A DNA stretch of 64,000 nucleotides from Arcobacteraceae bacterium. Lineage in GTDB: Bacteria > Campylobacterota > Campylobacteria > Campylobacterales > Arcobacteraceae. Position numbers and translations under genes: made by a program. Positions 53,000 through 62,265 of this stretch are shown here, one piece after another (positions within the stretch are counted from its first letter, which is position 1; each line of letters starts with the position of its first letter). The DNA is taken from positions 64,001 to 128,000 of the forward strand of contig JBLWVX010000001.1 in NCBI GenBank assembly GCA_048268245.1. The letters are read 5' to 3'. Below the pieces are notes generated by a model that was given only the letters and a program-made list of their open reading frames with translations, ran no database searches and was not told where the DNA came from.

Positions 53000-55105
53000 T
53001 TACCTTTTTATTTTTCTTCTATCTTTTGATACAAGTTTTATGTATAAATTTAAACTATTATTAGTTTGTTCAAACCAAACTTTTGCACCTGCTTTTTCAA
53101 TTAAAAGTTTAGTAATATAAATACTAATATCTTCTTCTTTAATATTTTGATTATTCTCTTCTTCAAAAATATATTTTATAGCTCTATTTTGATTTTCTAA
53201 GTTATCACAATATTTTACTACTATCTCGTCCTTATCATTAATAATTGAAATATCAATAGTTGGATTTTTGAGTTTTTCATTTGAGATTTCATTCAAAGAG
53301 TTTTTTATTAAATTCTCAATAATATGTTTGAATTCATTATGAACTCCATAACATAAAATATTCTCTTTAGAGTTTAAAGAAACTGTAATATTCAATTTAG
53401 AAATATCATCCTTTAAAGAAGAAACTGCTTCTTTTATAACTTCATTTATATTATATTTATCATTACTACTTGTTTTTATAAAATATGATTTAAACTCATT
53501 TAAACTTAAAGATAAAGACTTTAGCTCTTTCTCAATATTTTCACTTAAATTAAAGATTTCTTCTTTTTGTATTTTTGAACTATTTATCTTTGCTTTTAGA
53601 TTTGCCAAATTTATTGAGATATTAGAAATTGGCATCTTCCATTGATGAGCTACTGCATCTAAGACCTTACTCATTAATGCAACTTTTGTATTATCTAAAA
53701 GATTCTTATCTTTCATTTTTATTTCATTTAATCTATTTGACAAGTCTTCTTTTAATAAGCTATTTATTTTCTTTAGCTGCTTTGAGTCTGTAGTATTTAC
53801 CCTAATTGACATATAGCCTATTACTTCATTATTACTATTATATTTTGCAGTAATAGTCCCTTTTACCCAGTATGAATTTGCAAACTTATTTAAGTTTTTT
53901 ATTTCACCTTCCCATTTATGATTTTCTTTTAACTGCTTCCACAAAGCTTCAAAGAATATAGGGGAAACATCTGGATGTCTTAATACATTTATATTCTTAG
54001 AAATAAGCTCTTCTTTTGAATAACCACATATATCACAGAATGCTTGAGTTACATAAGTTATAATACCTTTAGTATCAGTTTCAACCATCACAACATATTT
54101 ATCAATAGCATTTAGAAAGTCTTTATGTTTTTTCTCTAAACTACTTTTAATACTACTTACATTTAAAAATTTATAAACTAAAAATAAAAGCAATATATAT
54201 AAAAACATTACAAACAGTAAAAATAAATTATAGTTTATCTCTATTTGATTATATAAAGACTCTTTTTTATCCAAATAAGCAAAAAGATAAATATCATTAT
54301 CTGATTCTTCTTTTATTGGTATAAAAAAAGCTGGATTTAAAATACTACTATTCTTAAATAACAAACTAAAAGCCGTATTGTTTTTCATTTTTATATTTAT
54401 GTCATTTTTAGAATATTTTTTTATATTTAGAAGAACATCTTTTTGAAGTCTTTTACTTGTATGATTATCATTTTGAATTAAATAATTCTCACTTAATATA
54501 AAAGTTTTATAAGATTTAGAATCTATGTTTTTATTCTTTAAAAGAAAAAAACTATTAAACTCTATATTTTGCATAATTGTTTTGATTAAACTATTAAGAG
54601 AAAACTCTAATTGCATAGTTCCTATAAACTCTAAATCATTGTTAAAAATTGGCTTAGTAAAACTTAGAACACTCTCTTCTTTTAATACTTTAAATCTAAC
54701 TTGCTCTTTTTTAACTTCTTCTTTAGTTAATAAAAGATTGCTTGAAATAAATTTATTCATTCTCAATAAATTATGATTGTTTTTATCATAAAAACTAAGT
54801 TGTTTTAATCCCTTAGATTTTAAGTAGAAGAAATCATCTTTTAAATATTCATAAAGTTTTTCTTTTTGAGTATTTATGAAAAAAGTTTTAATTTGCTCAT
54901 CGTATAAATTATTATAAAAGATTAAATCTGCTTTTTCATAAAATACATTTAAAGCGTTTGTATAAGAGTTTTTAAGTTTTTCTTTTTCTAAAAGAAGAGT
55001 ATTATTTAAACTCTCTTCTTTTTTATTTTGAACTATTAATATAGTGAGTGCTGAAACTGTAATAAAACCTATAAGTAACCTAAACAATAGGTTTTTATTA
55101 ATCAT
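53000..55105 (-). CDS. Membrane PAS histidine-kinase-like protein with degenerate ATP-binding domain
   Basis: Two TM segments, PAS/PAC, AVAHQWKMP H-box; G1/G2 glycine boxes absent. Confidence 0.8.
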   Translation of the reverse strand: MINKNLLFRLLIGFITVSALTILIVQNKKEESLNNTLLLEKEKLKNSYTNALNVFYEKADLIFYNNLYDEQIKTFFINTQKEKLYEYLKDDFFYLKSKGLKQLSFYDKNNHNLLRMNKFISSNLLLTKEEVKKEQVRFKVLKEESVLSFTKPIFNNDLEFIGTMQLEFSLNSLIKTIMQNIEFNSFFLLKNKNIDSKSYKTFILSENYLIQNDNHTSKRLQKDVLLNIKKYSKNDINIKMKNNTAFSLLFKNSSILNPAFFIPIKEESDNDIYLFAYLDKKESLYNQIEINYNLFLLFVMFLYILLLFLVYKFLNVSSIKSSLEKKHKDFLNAIDKYVVMVETDTKGIITYVTQAFCDICGYSKEELISKNINVLRHPDVSPIFFEALWKQLKENHKWEGEIKNLNKFANSYWVKGTITAKYNSNNEVIGYMSIRVNTTDSKQLKKINSLLKEDLSNRLNEIKMKDKNLLDNTKVALMSKVLDAVAHQWKMPISNISINLANLKAKINSSKIQKEEIFNLSENIEKELKSLSLSLNEFKSYFIKTSSNDKYNINEVIKEAVSSLKDDISKLNITVSLNSKENILCYGVHNEFKHIIENLIKNSLNEISNEKLKNPTIDISIINDKDEIVVKYCDNLENQNRAIKYIFEEENNQNIKEEDISIYITKLLIEKAGAKVWFEQTNNSLNLYIKLVSKDRRKIKR

Positions 55106-55108
55106 CTT

Positions 55109-55483
55109 TTATGACTTTAAAACTTCTAAAACTTTTTTCTCTAATGCACCTAAAGAATCAAAAGGTTTCATAACATAATGAGTTGCACCATGTTTATGAG
55201 ATTTTAAAACTTTATCTAATGTTGAGTATGCAGTCATCATAATAACTTTTTGATTACTATTTATGTTCATTATTTTTTCTAATGTATCTAAACCATTCAT
55301 TTGAGGCATCATAATATCAAGTAATATAATATCATACGAAACATTATTTAATTTATCTATTGCTAAAACTGGGTTTGATTGAGTTGTAACATCAAATTTT
55401 CCACTTCTATTTAAATATCTACTTAACATAGAAAGAATTTCTCTTTCATCATCTACTATTAGAACTCTATATTTTTCATCCAT
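55109..55483 (-). CDS. Single-domain response regulator
   Basis: IVDDE, LDIMMP, MTA, KP. Confidence 0.92.
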   Translation of the reverse strand: MDEKYRVLIVDDEREILSMLSRYLNRSGKFDVTTQSNPVLAIDKLNNVSYDIILLDIMMPQMNGLDTLEKIMNINSNQKVIMMTAYSTLDKVLKSHKHGATHYVMKPFDSLGALEKKVLEVLKS

Positions 55484-55495
55484 TATAAATCCTTG

Positions 55496-56893
55496 TTAAT
55501 TAAAAAGCTTCTTAGCTGCTTCTTTCATTATTGCATCACTTTTCTCTTCTAAAATTTTATCTAAGTAAATAAATACATTTTCACTTGCATTTTCAACTAA
55601 TTCAATTTTATCTTCAATTAATTGTTTAGAACAAGATACAGAATGTCCTGAACACTCTTTTGCAAGTAAATTTGCTTCATCATGAACAACAGCGTGATAT
55701 TTTTCTAAGTGTCTATATGATGGAACAAAACTAAACTCTTCTTTACCAAGTCCTGAATCATACCACTTACCAAGTCTACAATTATGATGATCAACTGCTT
55801 TAAAGCTATGTTCACCACCAAAGATTAATTGATATAAATTATTTTTATAAATCACATGGTCTAATTTTGCAAGATTGATAAAGATTTTATTTGAAATATT
55901 CTCTACTTCATAAACTGATCTATTTGAATTTTTTTGGAATGAAACCATAAGTTCACTTAGTGTATCAACTCTCTCTTTTGTTTCAACCACACCTTTACCT
56001 ACAACTTCTGAACTATTTTTGATTTTTGCTGTATCTGCTTGAATTGAATCTACTACATTTTTAATTTGTGTTGCTGCATCTGCACTTCTACTTGCAAGAT
56101 TTCTCACTTCTTGAGCAACAACTGCAAACCCTTTTCCAGCTTCACCAGCTGTTGCTGCTTCAACTGCTGCGTTTAATGATAATATATTTGTTTGGAATGC
56201 GATTTCTTGAATTAAAGTAATTACTTCTGAAATATCTTTACTTTTTGAAACTAGTGAATTTACAATATCATTTTCTTTTTGGATTTCTTCCCTTAAATAT
56301 TGTGTATCTTCAACTATTTCTTTAGTTAGATTTAATCCCTTAGTTGAACCAGTTGCAGTATCTCTTGACTCTTTAATCATACCTTGTAAATCTTCAAGAA
56401 GTGACATATAAGTATTTTGAGTAGAAGATAAAGAGTTAGTCATATTTTTATTATGTCTTTCTAATAAACCACCCTCTTTATTATCATGAATTGAAGTTCT
56501 TCTTAGTGAAGCAATTTTATAACCATTAAATTCTTTTACAAGAACACTTGCTTCACAATCATCCATAATTAATCTATTACTATTTCTTTTAACTGCATCT
56601 AAAACAACAGAAAAATCAGTAATATTTGCTTTTGCAATATTATTTACAAAATAAACTTCATCATTAGGAGAAAAAACAACTAAACCCTCTTCTTGAGAAA
56701 GCATTGCTGTTTCTTTAAAAAGCTCTAGTTGATTTTTACATTTATTATAATCCTCTTCGTAAGGATTATTATTTAATTGTGTATTCAACTGCTCAATATT
56801 TTTTTCTTTTTGAGCAAGTTGTGCCTTTAGTTCTTCTATTTCTGATTTAAGAGAAACAACTTCATTTTCTAATTTTCTATTTCCAAAAAGCAT
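55496..56893 (-). CDS. Soluble chemoreceptor with C-terminal CZB zinc-binding domain (TlpD-like)
   Basis: No TM segment; [51 protein letters not shown]. Confidence 0.9.
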   Translation of the reverse strand: MLFGNRKLENEVVSLKSEIEELKAQLAQKEKNIEQLNTQLNNNPYEEDYNKCKNQLELFKETAMLSQEEGLVVFSPNDEVYFVNNIAKANITDFSVVLDAVKRNSNRLIMDDCEASVLVKEFNGYKIASLRRTSIHDNKEGGLLERHNKNMTNSLSSTQNTYMSLLEDLQGMIKESRDTATGSTKGLNLTKEIVEDTQYLREEIQKENDIVNSLVSKSKDISEVITLIQEIAFQTNILSLNAAVEAATAGEAGKGFAVVAQEVRNLASRSADAATQIKNVVDSIQADTAKIKNSSEVVGKGVVETKERVDTLSELMVSFQKNSNRSVYEVENISNKIFINLAKLDHVIYKNNLYQLIFGGEHSFKAVDHHNCRLGKWYDSGLGKEEFSFVPSYRHLEKYHAVVHDEANLLAKECSGHSVSCSKQLIEDKIELVENASENVFIYLDKILEEKSDAIMKEAAKKLFN

Positions 56894-56982
56894 TAATTAA
56901 CCTTAATAAGTACTTATAAGCAAGAATAATATCTGATTTTTGATAAATGATATATAAAAAATAATAAAAAAACTTGGTTATT

Positions 56983-58125
56983 TTATATATTTCTAGCACA
57001 CCTTATTGCTTCACTAAATGATATTTGAAAGTTGAAACCACCTAATTCTCCAGTAATATCAAGACACTCACCTATAAAATATAGATTTTTTTGCTTTTTG
57101 CTTTCAAAATTATTATGTTGAATTTCATCTGTATTTATTCCACCTTTTGTTACTTCTGCTTTTGTATATCCAAAATTACCAGCAGGTGAAAATTCATAAT
57201 ATTTTAAAAGCTCTAATTTTTCTTTTTCTTCTTTATTTAATTCACTTACAGGTTTATCTTTTAAACCAATAGAGTTTAAAAATTCACTTGTAAATCTTTT
57301 TGCAAAAGGAAGAACTGAAGAGATTTTTTTATTACCTTTTAATAATTTAGATAACTCTGTTTTAGGAAGAAAATCTATAGCTAATTTCCCTTTTTTCCAA
57401 TATAAAGAACTAGTTAAAATTACAGGTCCAGAACAGCCTTTATGTGCGAATAAAAAAGAGCCTTCAAATTTTTTACCATCAACATAGCTATTTACATAAG
57501 TTGAAACACCTGATAAGTTTTTAAACCAAAATTGATCTTTTTGAACAGTAAACCCTACAAGTGCAGGTTCTAACTTTTCAATCGTATGACCAAATTTCTT
57601 AGCAATATCAAAAGCAATAGAACTAGCTCCTAAACTAGCATATGATAAACCACCACTAGCAACTACAACTTTTTTTGCTTCAATTATTTTATGATTTGTT
57701 TTTATTTTAAAAATATCATTTTCATATGAAATATCTAAAACCTTAGTATTTAGATACTTTTTTATGTGCGAAGTTAATTTTGTAAACATGTCTATAACAT
57801 CTTGTGAAGATTTACAAAAGTAAGTTCCTTTTACAATTTTTGGATTAAGATTAGGTTTAACACCATTTTTATTTAAAAACTCTAAAGTCTCATCTTTTGA
57901 GAAATCATTTAATAAACTTTTTACAAGTTCTCTATCACCTAAATAATTCTTCTGAGTTACTAACTCATTTGTGATATTACATTTAGCTCCACCTGAGACT
58001 TTAATCTTTGCACCAATTTTTGCATTTGATTCAATCATACAAACATTTTTAAATACTTTTTTATTTAAATTAGAAGCAAACATCAAACCACTTGCTCCTG
58101 CACCAATAACTGCTATATCGTAGAT
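56983..58125 (-). CDS. HI0933/YhiN/BaiN-family flavoprotein; start codon uncertain
   Basis: The frame continues upstream of the track start through IYDIAVIGAGASGLM; SGGAKCNITN, ASGGLSY, AEVTKGG, GECLDITGELGGFN. Confidence 0.88.
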   Translation of the reverse strand: MYDIAVIGAGASGLMFASNLNKKVFKNVCMIESNAKIGAKIKVSGGAKCNITNELVTQKNYLGDRELVKSLLNDFSKDETLEFLNKNGVKPNLNPKIVKGTYFCKSSQDVIDMFTKLTSHIKKYLNTKVLDISYENDIFKIKTNHKIIEAKKVVVASGGLSYASLGASSIAFDIAKKFGHTIEKLEPALVGFTVQKDQFWFKNLSGVSTYVNSYVDGKKFEGSFLFAHKGCSGPVILTSSLYWKKGKLAIDFLPKTELSKLLKGNKKISSVLPFAKRFTSEFLNSIGLKDKPVSELNKEEKEKLELLKYYEFSPAGNFGYTKAEVTKGGINTDEIQHNNFESKKQKNLYFIGECLDITGELGGFNFQISFSEAIRCARNI

Positions 58126-59366
58126 ACTTCATCCTTTTTACAAATAAATCTATTTGTTTTATTTTCATATTTATACTCTAAAGTATAATTGTTTGCTTTT
58201 AAAATATTGAAAATTATATAAAGACCTAATCCAAAAGAGTTTTTATTATTTACTTCTGAACTAAAAAATGGTTCAAAATATTTTTCTAAATCAAATTTTA
58301 AAGGTTCACCCTCATTCTCAAAAATTAAGTCTTCACCCTCACTTTTGATAATAACTTTTTGATTTGGTGAATATTTTAAAGCATTATCAATTAGGTTTTT
58401 AACTGCTATAGAAAATAACTTGAAATTTACTTCTATTTTTTTATTTTCATACTTTTTAATAACATCATCATCCTCAACCATCAAAATATCTTTTGCATTA
58501 TCAACAATATCATCAATAAAATATACTTTTTTCTCTACATTTTTAGTAGAGGAAATCAACTCTTCAATTGAGGCAAATTCATTTATTAAAGATTCAAGTC
58601 TGTTAAAAACTTCTTTTAACTTTTCATCATTTTTATCATTTCTTTCAAGCTCTGCTAAAAACTTTCCTTTTGTAATTGGTGTTTTTAGTTCATGCATTAT
58701 ATTTCTAATAAATACATTTCTTGATTCTTTTACATCTTTTAGTTTTTTAGCTGCATTTTTAAACTCCACTGCTAAAAGTGAAACTTCATCTTTTCCATCA
58801 AGATTACAACACTCAAAATCAAAGTTTTCATCCCCTAAAGTTTTTACTTTATCTTTTAAAATTTTCAGTGGCATTAGTTTTCTAAGTGTGATTAGATACA
58901 TCAAAATAATAGTTATAATGACTATAGCAAATACTAAAATTATGTAAATATTTGAATTATGAGAACTTAAAGTATTATCTTTTACAAGAATAGTCTCACC
59001 TCTTTTTTTCATGTAAATATAATTAAAATCATTTAGTTTTAAAACTCTGAAAATCGTATCTCTTTTTGTTGATTCTCTTTGAATTAGAACTTGTGTTTCA
59101 GGATTGTATGTAATAGCATTTATTTTGCCTTTATTTGTAAAAAGCTCATAGTTATACTCTTTTAAACCTTTAGCAAACTTCATATCTAAACCACCTTTAT
59201 GGTGCTTTGTCATTACTCTTTTTACGATTGGAATATACCTATCTATTAACTCTTTTTCTTGAGTTTTATAATTGTGTGTCATTAATAAAAAGAAACTTAC
59301 AATTACTAAAATAATTGAAATAATGAAACTAACTGTTATTGTGAAAAATATTGATGATCTATTCAT
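58113..59366 (-). CDS. OmpR-partner sensor histidine kinase (ArsS/RacS-like)
   Basis: Two TM segments, HAMP, IMHELKTPITKG, NLIDNALKY, FGLGLYI. Confidence 0.92.
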   Translation of the reverse strand: MNRSSIFFTITVSFIISIILVIVSFFLLMTHNYKTQEKELIDRYIPIVKRVMTKHHKGGLDMKFAKGLKEYNYELFTNKGKINAITYNPETQVLIQRESTKRDTIFRVLKLNDFNYIYMKKRGETILVKDNTLSSHNSNIYIILVFAIVIITIILMYLITLRKLMPLKILKDKVKTLGDENFDFECCNLDGKDEVSLLAVEFKNAAKKLKDVKESRNVFIRNIMHELKTPITKGKFLAELERNDKNDEKLKEVFNRLESLINEFASIEELISSTKNVEKKVYFIDDIVDNAKDILMVEDDDVIKKYENKKIEVNFKLFSIAVKNLIDNALKYSPNQKVIIKSEGEDLIFENEGEPLKFDLEKYFEPFFSSEVNNKNSFGLGLYIIFNILKANNYTLEYKYENKTNRFICKKDEVSTI

Positions 59367-60040
59367 TGCGTAAATTTATACCCCATTCCTCTTATTGTTT
59401 GAAGATATTTTGGCTCTTTTGGATTATCTTCAATTTTTTGTCTAATTCTGTTAATTATTACAGCCAATGATCCTGAACTTTCATAATCTTGATTTAACAA
59501 ATCAGAATTTTCAAATATCTCTTCCCTTGAAATTACAAAATTTTCTCTTTTAATCATAAGAGATAAAACTTCATATTCTGCTGCTGTAAGTTTAACATAA
59601 TTTTCATTTTTACTTATTTGTTTTTTTTCTTCATCTAGTATAAATTTTTTTACAACTTTAGATTCATTCTCTTTTGTGTGGTTAAATCTTCTTAAAATAG
59701 TTTTTATTCGAACTTCAAGTTCTCTTGGGTCATAAGGTTTTGGTAAGTAGTCATCTGCACCAAGTTGTAAAGCAGTTACTTTATCAGTAATATCACTTCT
59801 TGCACTTGAAATGATAATAGGAATATCAAAGTTTTTTACAATCTCTTTACAAACATCTAAGCCATCCATTCCTGGAAGTGTTAAATCTAAAATTACTAAA
59901 TCAAATTTATTTAACTTCAAAGATGAAAGAGCCATAAATGGCTCTTCATAGTTTGTAACTTCTATATTAAACTTTTTTAGGTATTGAGTTAAAACATCAG
60001 CAAGTTCTAAATCATCCTCTACCATTGCAATTTTTATCAA
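59363..60040 (-). CDS. OmpR-family response regulator
   Basis: LDLTLPGMDG, GADDYLPKPY, winged helix TIRGMGYK. Confidence 0.95.
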   Translation of the reverse strand: MIKIAMVEDDLELADVLTQYLKKFNIEVTNYEEPFMALSSLKLNKFDLVILDLTLPGMDGLDVCKEIVKNFDIPIIISSARSDITDKVTALQLGADDYLPKPYDPRELEVRIKTILRRFNHTKENESKVVKKFILDEEKKQISKNENYVKLTAAEYEVLSLMIKRENFVISREEIFENSDLLNQDYESSGSLAVIINRIRQKIEDNPKEPKYLQTIRGMGYKFTQ

Positions 60041-60485
60041 AATTCATACCTTTTTTATGTCTCTTTTCATTTTTTAAATCAAGTAATGCTTTAAATTGTT
60101 CTTTTTGTTTAGCATCTAAAATAGCATATATTTTCTCTATTTTTAAAGCTTTTGATTTTATCATATTCTCTCTTTTTTCACTCATAATCTTGATATATTT
60201 TTCTTTATCAAATGAAGTTTTTGTAAAAGCTTCATTTACAGATGTAGTTTTTTTAGACTCCATCATTATCTTTTTTACTTCTTGCTTTTGAGTATCATTT
60301 AAGTTTAGTTTTTTAAGTGTTGAAAAAATTGAACTATGAGCTTTTTTATGTCCCATATGTTTATTCATCATTTTATGACTTTTATTCATATCACATTCAC
60401 TTTTGTTTCCATAAGAAGCAAAAACTCCTGTAGCTAATGTTGTACTTAAAACTAGTGCTGTTAAGATTTTTGTTTTCTTTGTCAT
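60012..60485 (-). CDS. Spy/CpxP-family periplasmic protein
   Basis: Signal peptide, Met/His-rich segment, LNLNDTQK and ILDAKQK (LTxxQ-like) motifs. Confidence 0.75.
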   Translation of the reverse strand: MTKKTKILTALVLSTTLATGVFASYGNKSECDMNKSHKMMNKHMGHKKAHSSIFSTLKKLNLNDTQKQEVKKIMMESKKTTSVNEAFTKTSFDKEKYIKIMSEKRENMIKSKALKIEKIYAILDAKQKEQFKALLDLKNEKRHKKGMNFDKNCNGRG

Positions 60486-60581
60486 TTTCTATCCTTTTAT
60501 TTTTTATACTAGAATTATGACATTAGCTTTTAAATGCTATTTAAATAGTAGTTTAATGTAAGTTTAACGAATAAAGAAGAA

Positions 60582-61151
60582 TTAAAGTATAGACTTTAAA
60601 ACTTCTTTTAATTGTTCAGGGTTTGAGAAATGGTCAACTTTTTTTATAAAGTTACCATTTTTATCAAAAAAGTAAATATATGAAGTATGAGCAACTGAGT
60701 AACCCATAGATGAGTTTTCTAATTCTACTTTTTTATAGTAAGTGCCATATCTTTTTACAATATCATCAATGTTTTCTTTATTTGAAGTTGCACCTTTAAA
60801 AGTTGGGTGAAAATATTTAGCATATGAAGCTAAATCTTCTAGTTTATCTCTGTTGGGGTCTACTGATATAAAAAGACCTTCAAAGTTTTGTTCAACTTTT
60901 TGTTTATCAAAACTATTTAAAGCATGAGCCAGTGAACTTAAAGAAGTAGGACAAACATCAGGACAAAAAGTGTATCCAAAATAAATAGCTAAAACTTTAC
61001 CCTTATAGCTATCTAAACTTATTTTTCCATCTTTTGATTCTACCTCAAATGAGTATTTATTTTTTTCTTTTGTTTCATTTACATATGGTTCAATTAAAAC
61101 AATAATACCTACTGCGATAATAGCTGAAATTAAATATGATAGTTTTTTCAT
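60582..61151 (-). CDS. SCO/SenC copper chaperone
   Basis: FGYTFCPDVCP CxxxC, ISVDPNRD, YSVAHT. Confidence 0.93.
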   Translation of the reverse strand: MKKLSYLISAIIAVGIIVLIEPYVNETKEKNKYSFEVESKDGKISLDSYKGKVLAIYFGYTFCPDVCPTSLSSLAHALNSFDKQKVEQNFEGLFISVDPNRDKLEDLASYAKYFHPTFKGATSNKENIDDIVKRYGTYYKKVELENSSMGYSVAHTSYIYFFDKNGNFIKKVDHFSNPEQLKEVLKSIL

Positions 61152-61154
61152 TTG

Positions 61155-61622
61155 TTACCTTGTTGTTTGAAACTGAAATCTAGCTCCAGTTCTTTCATTC
61201 ATTTTTTCTAAACTTATATCTGCATTCCACTTCATATTACCTACAGGACAAGTAGGAAGAGTACCTGATGCTTCATAAATTCCGTTTCCTAAGTTTTGAA
61301 GTTTTAAATCAAAATATCCCATAAACATATTTGTTGCATAAATATTTAAAGAGATGTTTTCTAAATTTTTTTCATTACTGATTAGTTTGAATTTCAAATT
61401 TTTCATTAGAGGAATATCTTTAGGAAAAACCTCTAAAGTAAACTCTTTTCCATCTTCTAGTACTACTTTACAAGCACTTTTGTGTAAATCACAGTTAGTG
61501 TCTTGAACTGTGTATTTTACTTCCCCTTGAAAGTATTTATAAACTTTATTAAAATCAATAAGAAAATATGCTGCTACAATTGAAACAATTACAGCAAGTT
61601 GAATAAATAGAGTTTTATTCAT
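61155..61622 (-). CDS. Membrane-anchored hypothetical protein of the copper-chaperone cluster
   Basis: CDL...C, NMFMG, LPTC...M.W motifs; lies between PCuAC and SCO. Confidence 0.65.
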   Translation of the reverse strand: MNKTLFIQLAVIVSIVAAYFLIDFNKVYKYFQGEVKYTVQDTNCDLHKSACKVVLEDGKEFTLEVFPKDIPLMKNLKFKLISNEKNLENISLNIYATNMFMGYFDLKLQNLGNGIYEASGTLPTCPVGNMKWNADISLEKMNERTGARFQFQTTR

Positions 61623-61625
61623 TAT

Positions 61626-62123
61626 CTATTGACCACATTTTCCTGCACCACAAGACATTTTTTGTTTATTATTCATTCCGTGGTTTTTCATCATCATTCC
61701 AGCCATTACTTTTTTAACAGGTGCAAAAACTTTTATATTTTGTCCATTTGAGAAGCTTAAATCAACTTCAACTTGCATCTCTTCTTTTAAAGGCTTAGTT
61801 TTTAAATCAATTAACATAATATGAAAACCACCTGGTTTTAAAACAGTACTTGAGTTAGCTTTTATTTCAATTTTTGGAACTTGATACATTTTCATAACAC
61901 CATCTTTCATATCGTGAGTATGTAACTCTACAATATTTGATGCACTTGAAGTTGCACTTACTAAAGATATGTCTTCATTTGAACTATTTGTAATTTCCAA
62001 AAAAGCTGCACTATTTGGAAGACTTGGTGGAGTTGCTCTTACATAAGCATTTTTTACACTTAAAGATGAAGCAAAAAGTGTACTTGCACTTAAAAATAGT
62101 AATGAGAATAATTTTCTTTTCAT
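61626..62123 (-). CDS. PCu(A)C copper chaperone
   Basis: Signal peptide, VELHTH...GVMKM, LKPGGFHIML; Met-rich CGAGKCG tail. Confidence 0.92.
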   Translation of the reverse strand: MKRKLFSLLFLSASTLFASSLSVKNAYVRATPPSLPNSAAFLEITNSSNEDISLVSATSSASNIVELHTHDMKDGVMKMYQVPKIEIKANSSTVLKPGGFHIMLIDLKTKPLKEEMQVEVDLSFSNGQNIKVFAPVKKVMAGMMMKNHGMNNKQKMSCGAGKCGQ

Positions 62124-62265
62124 TGGAATTTCCTTTTTCCATAATATATCATTTATGTGTTAATTATATATTAATTATAAACTCTTAACACACTCTTTAC
62201 ATAGAAATAGTATAAATTTAATAGTATCACACTATACTAGGCATAAAAAACTATATGGAAAAAAA

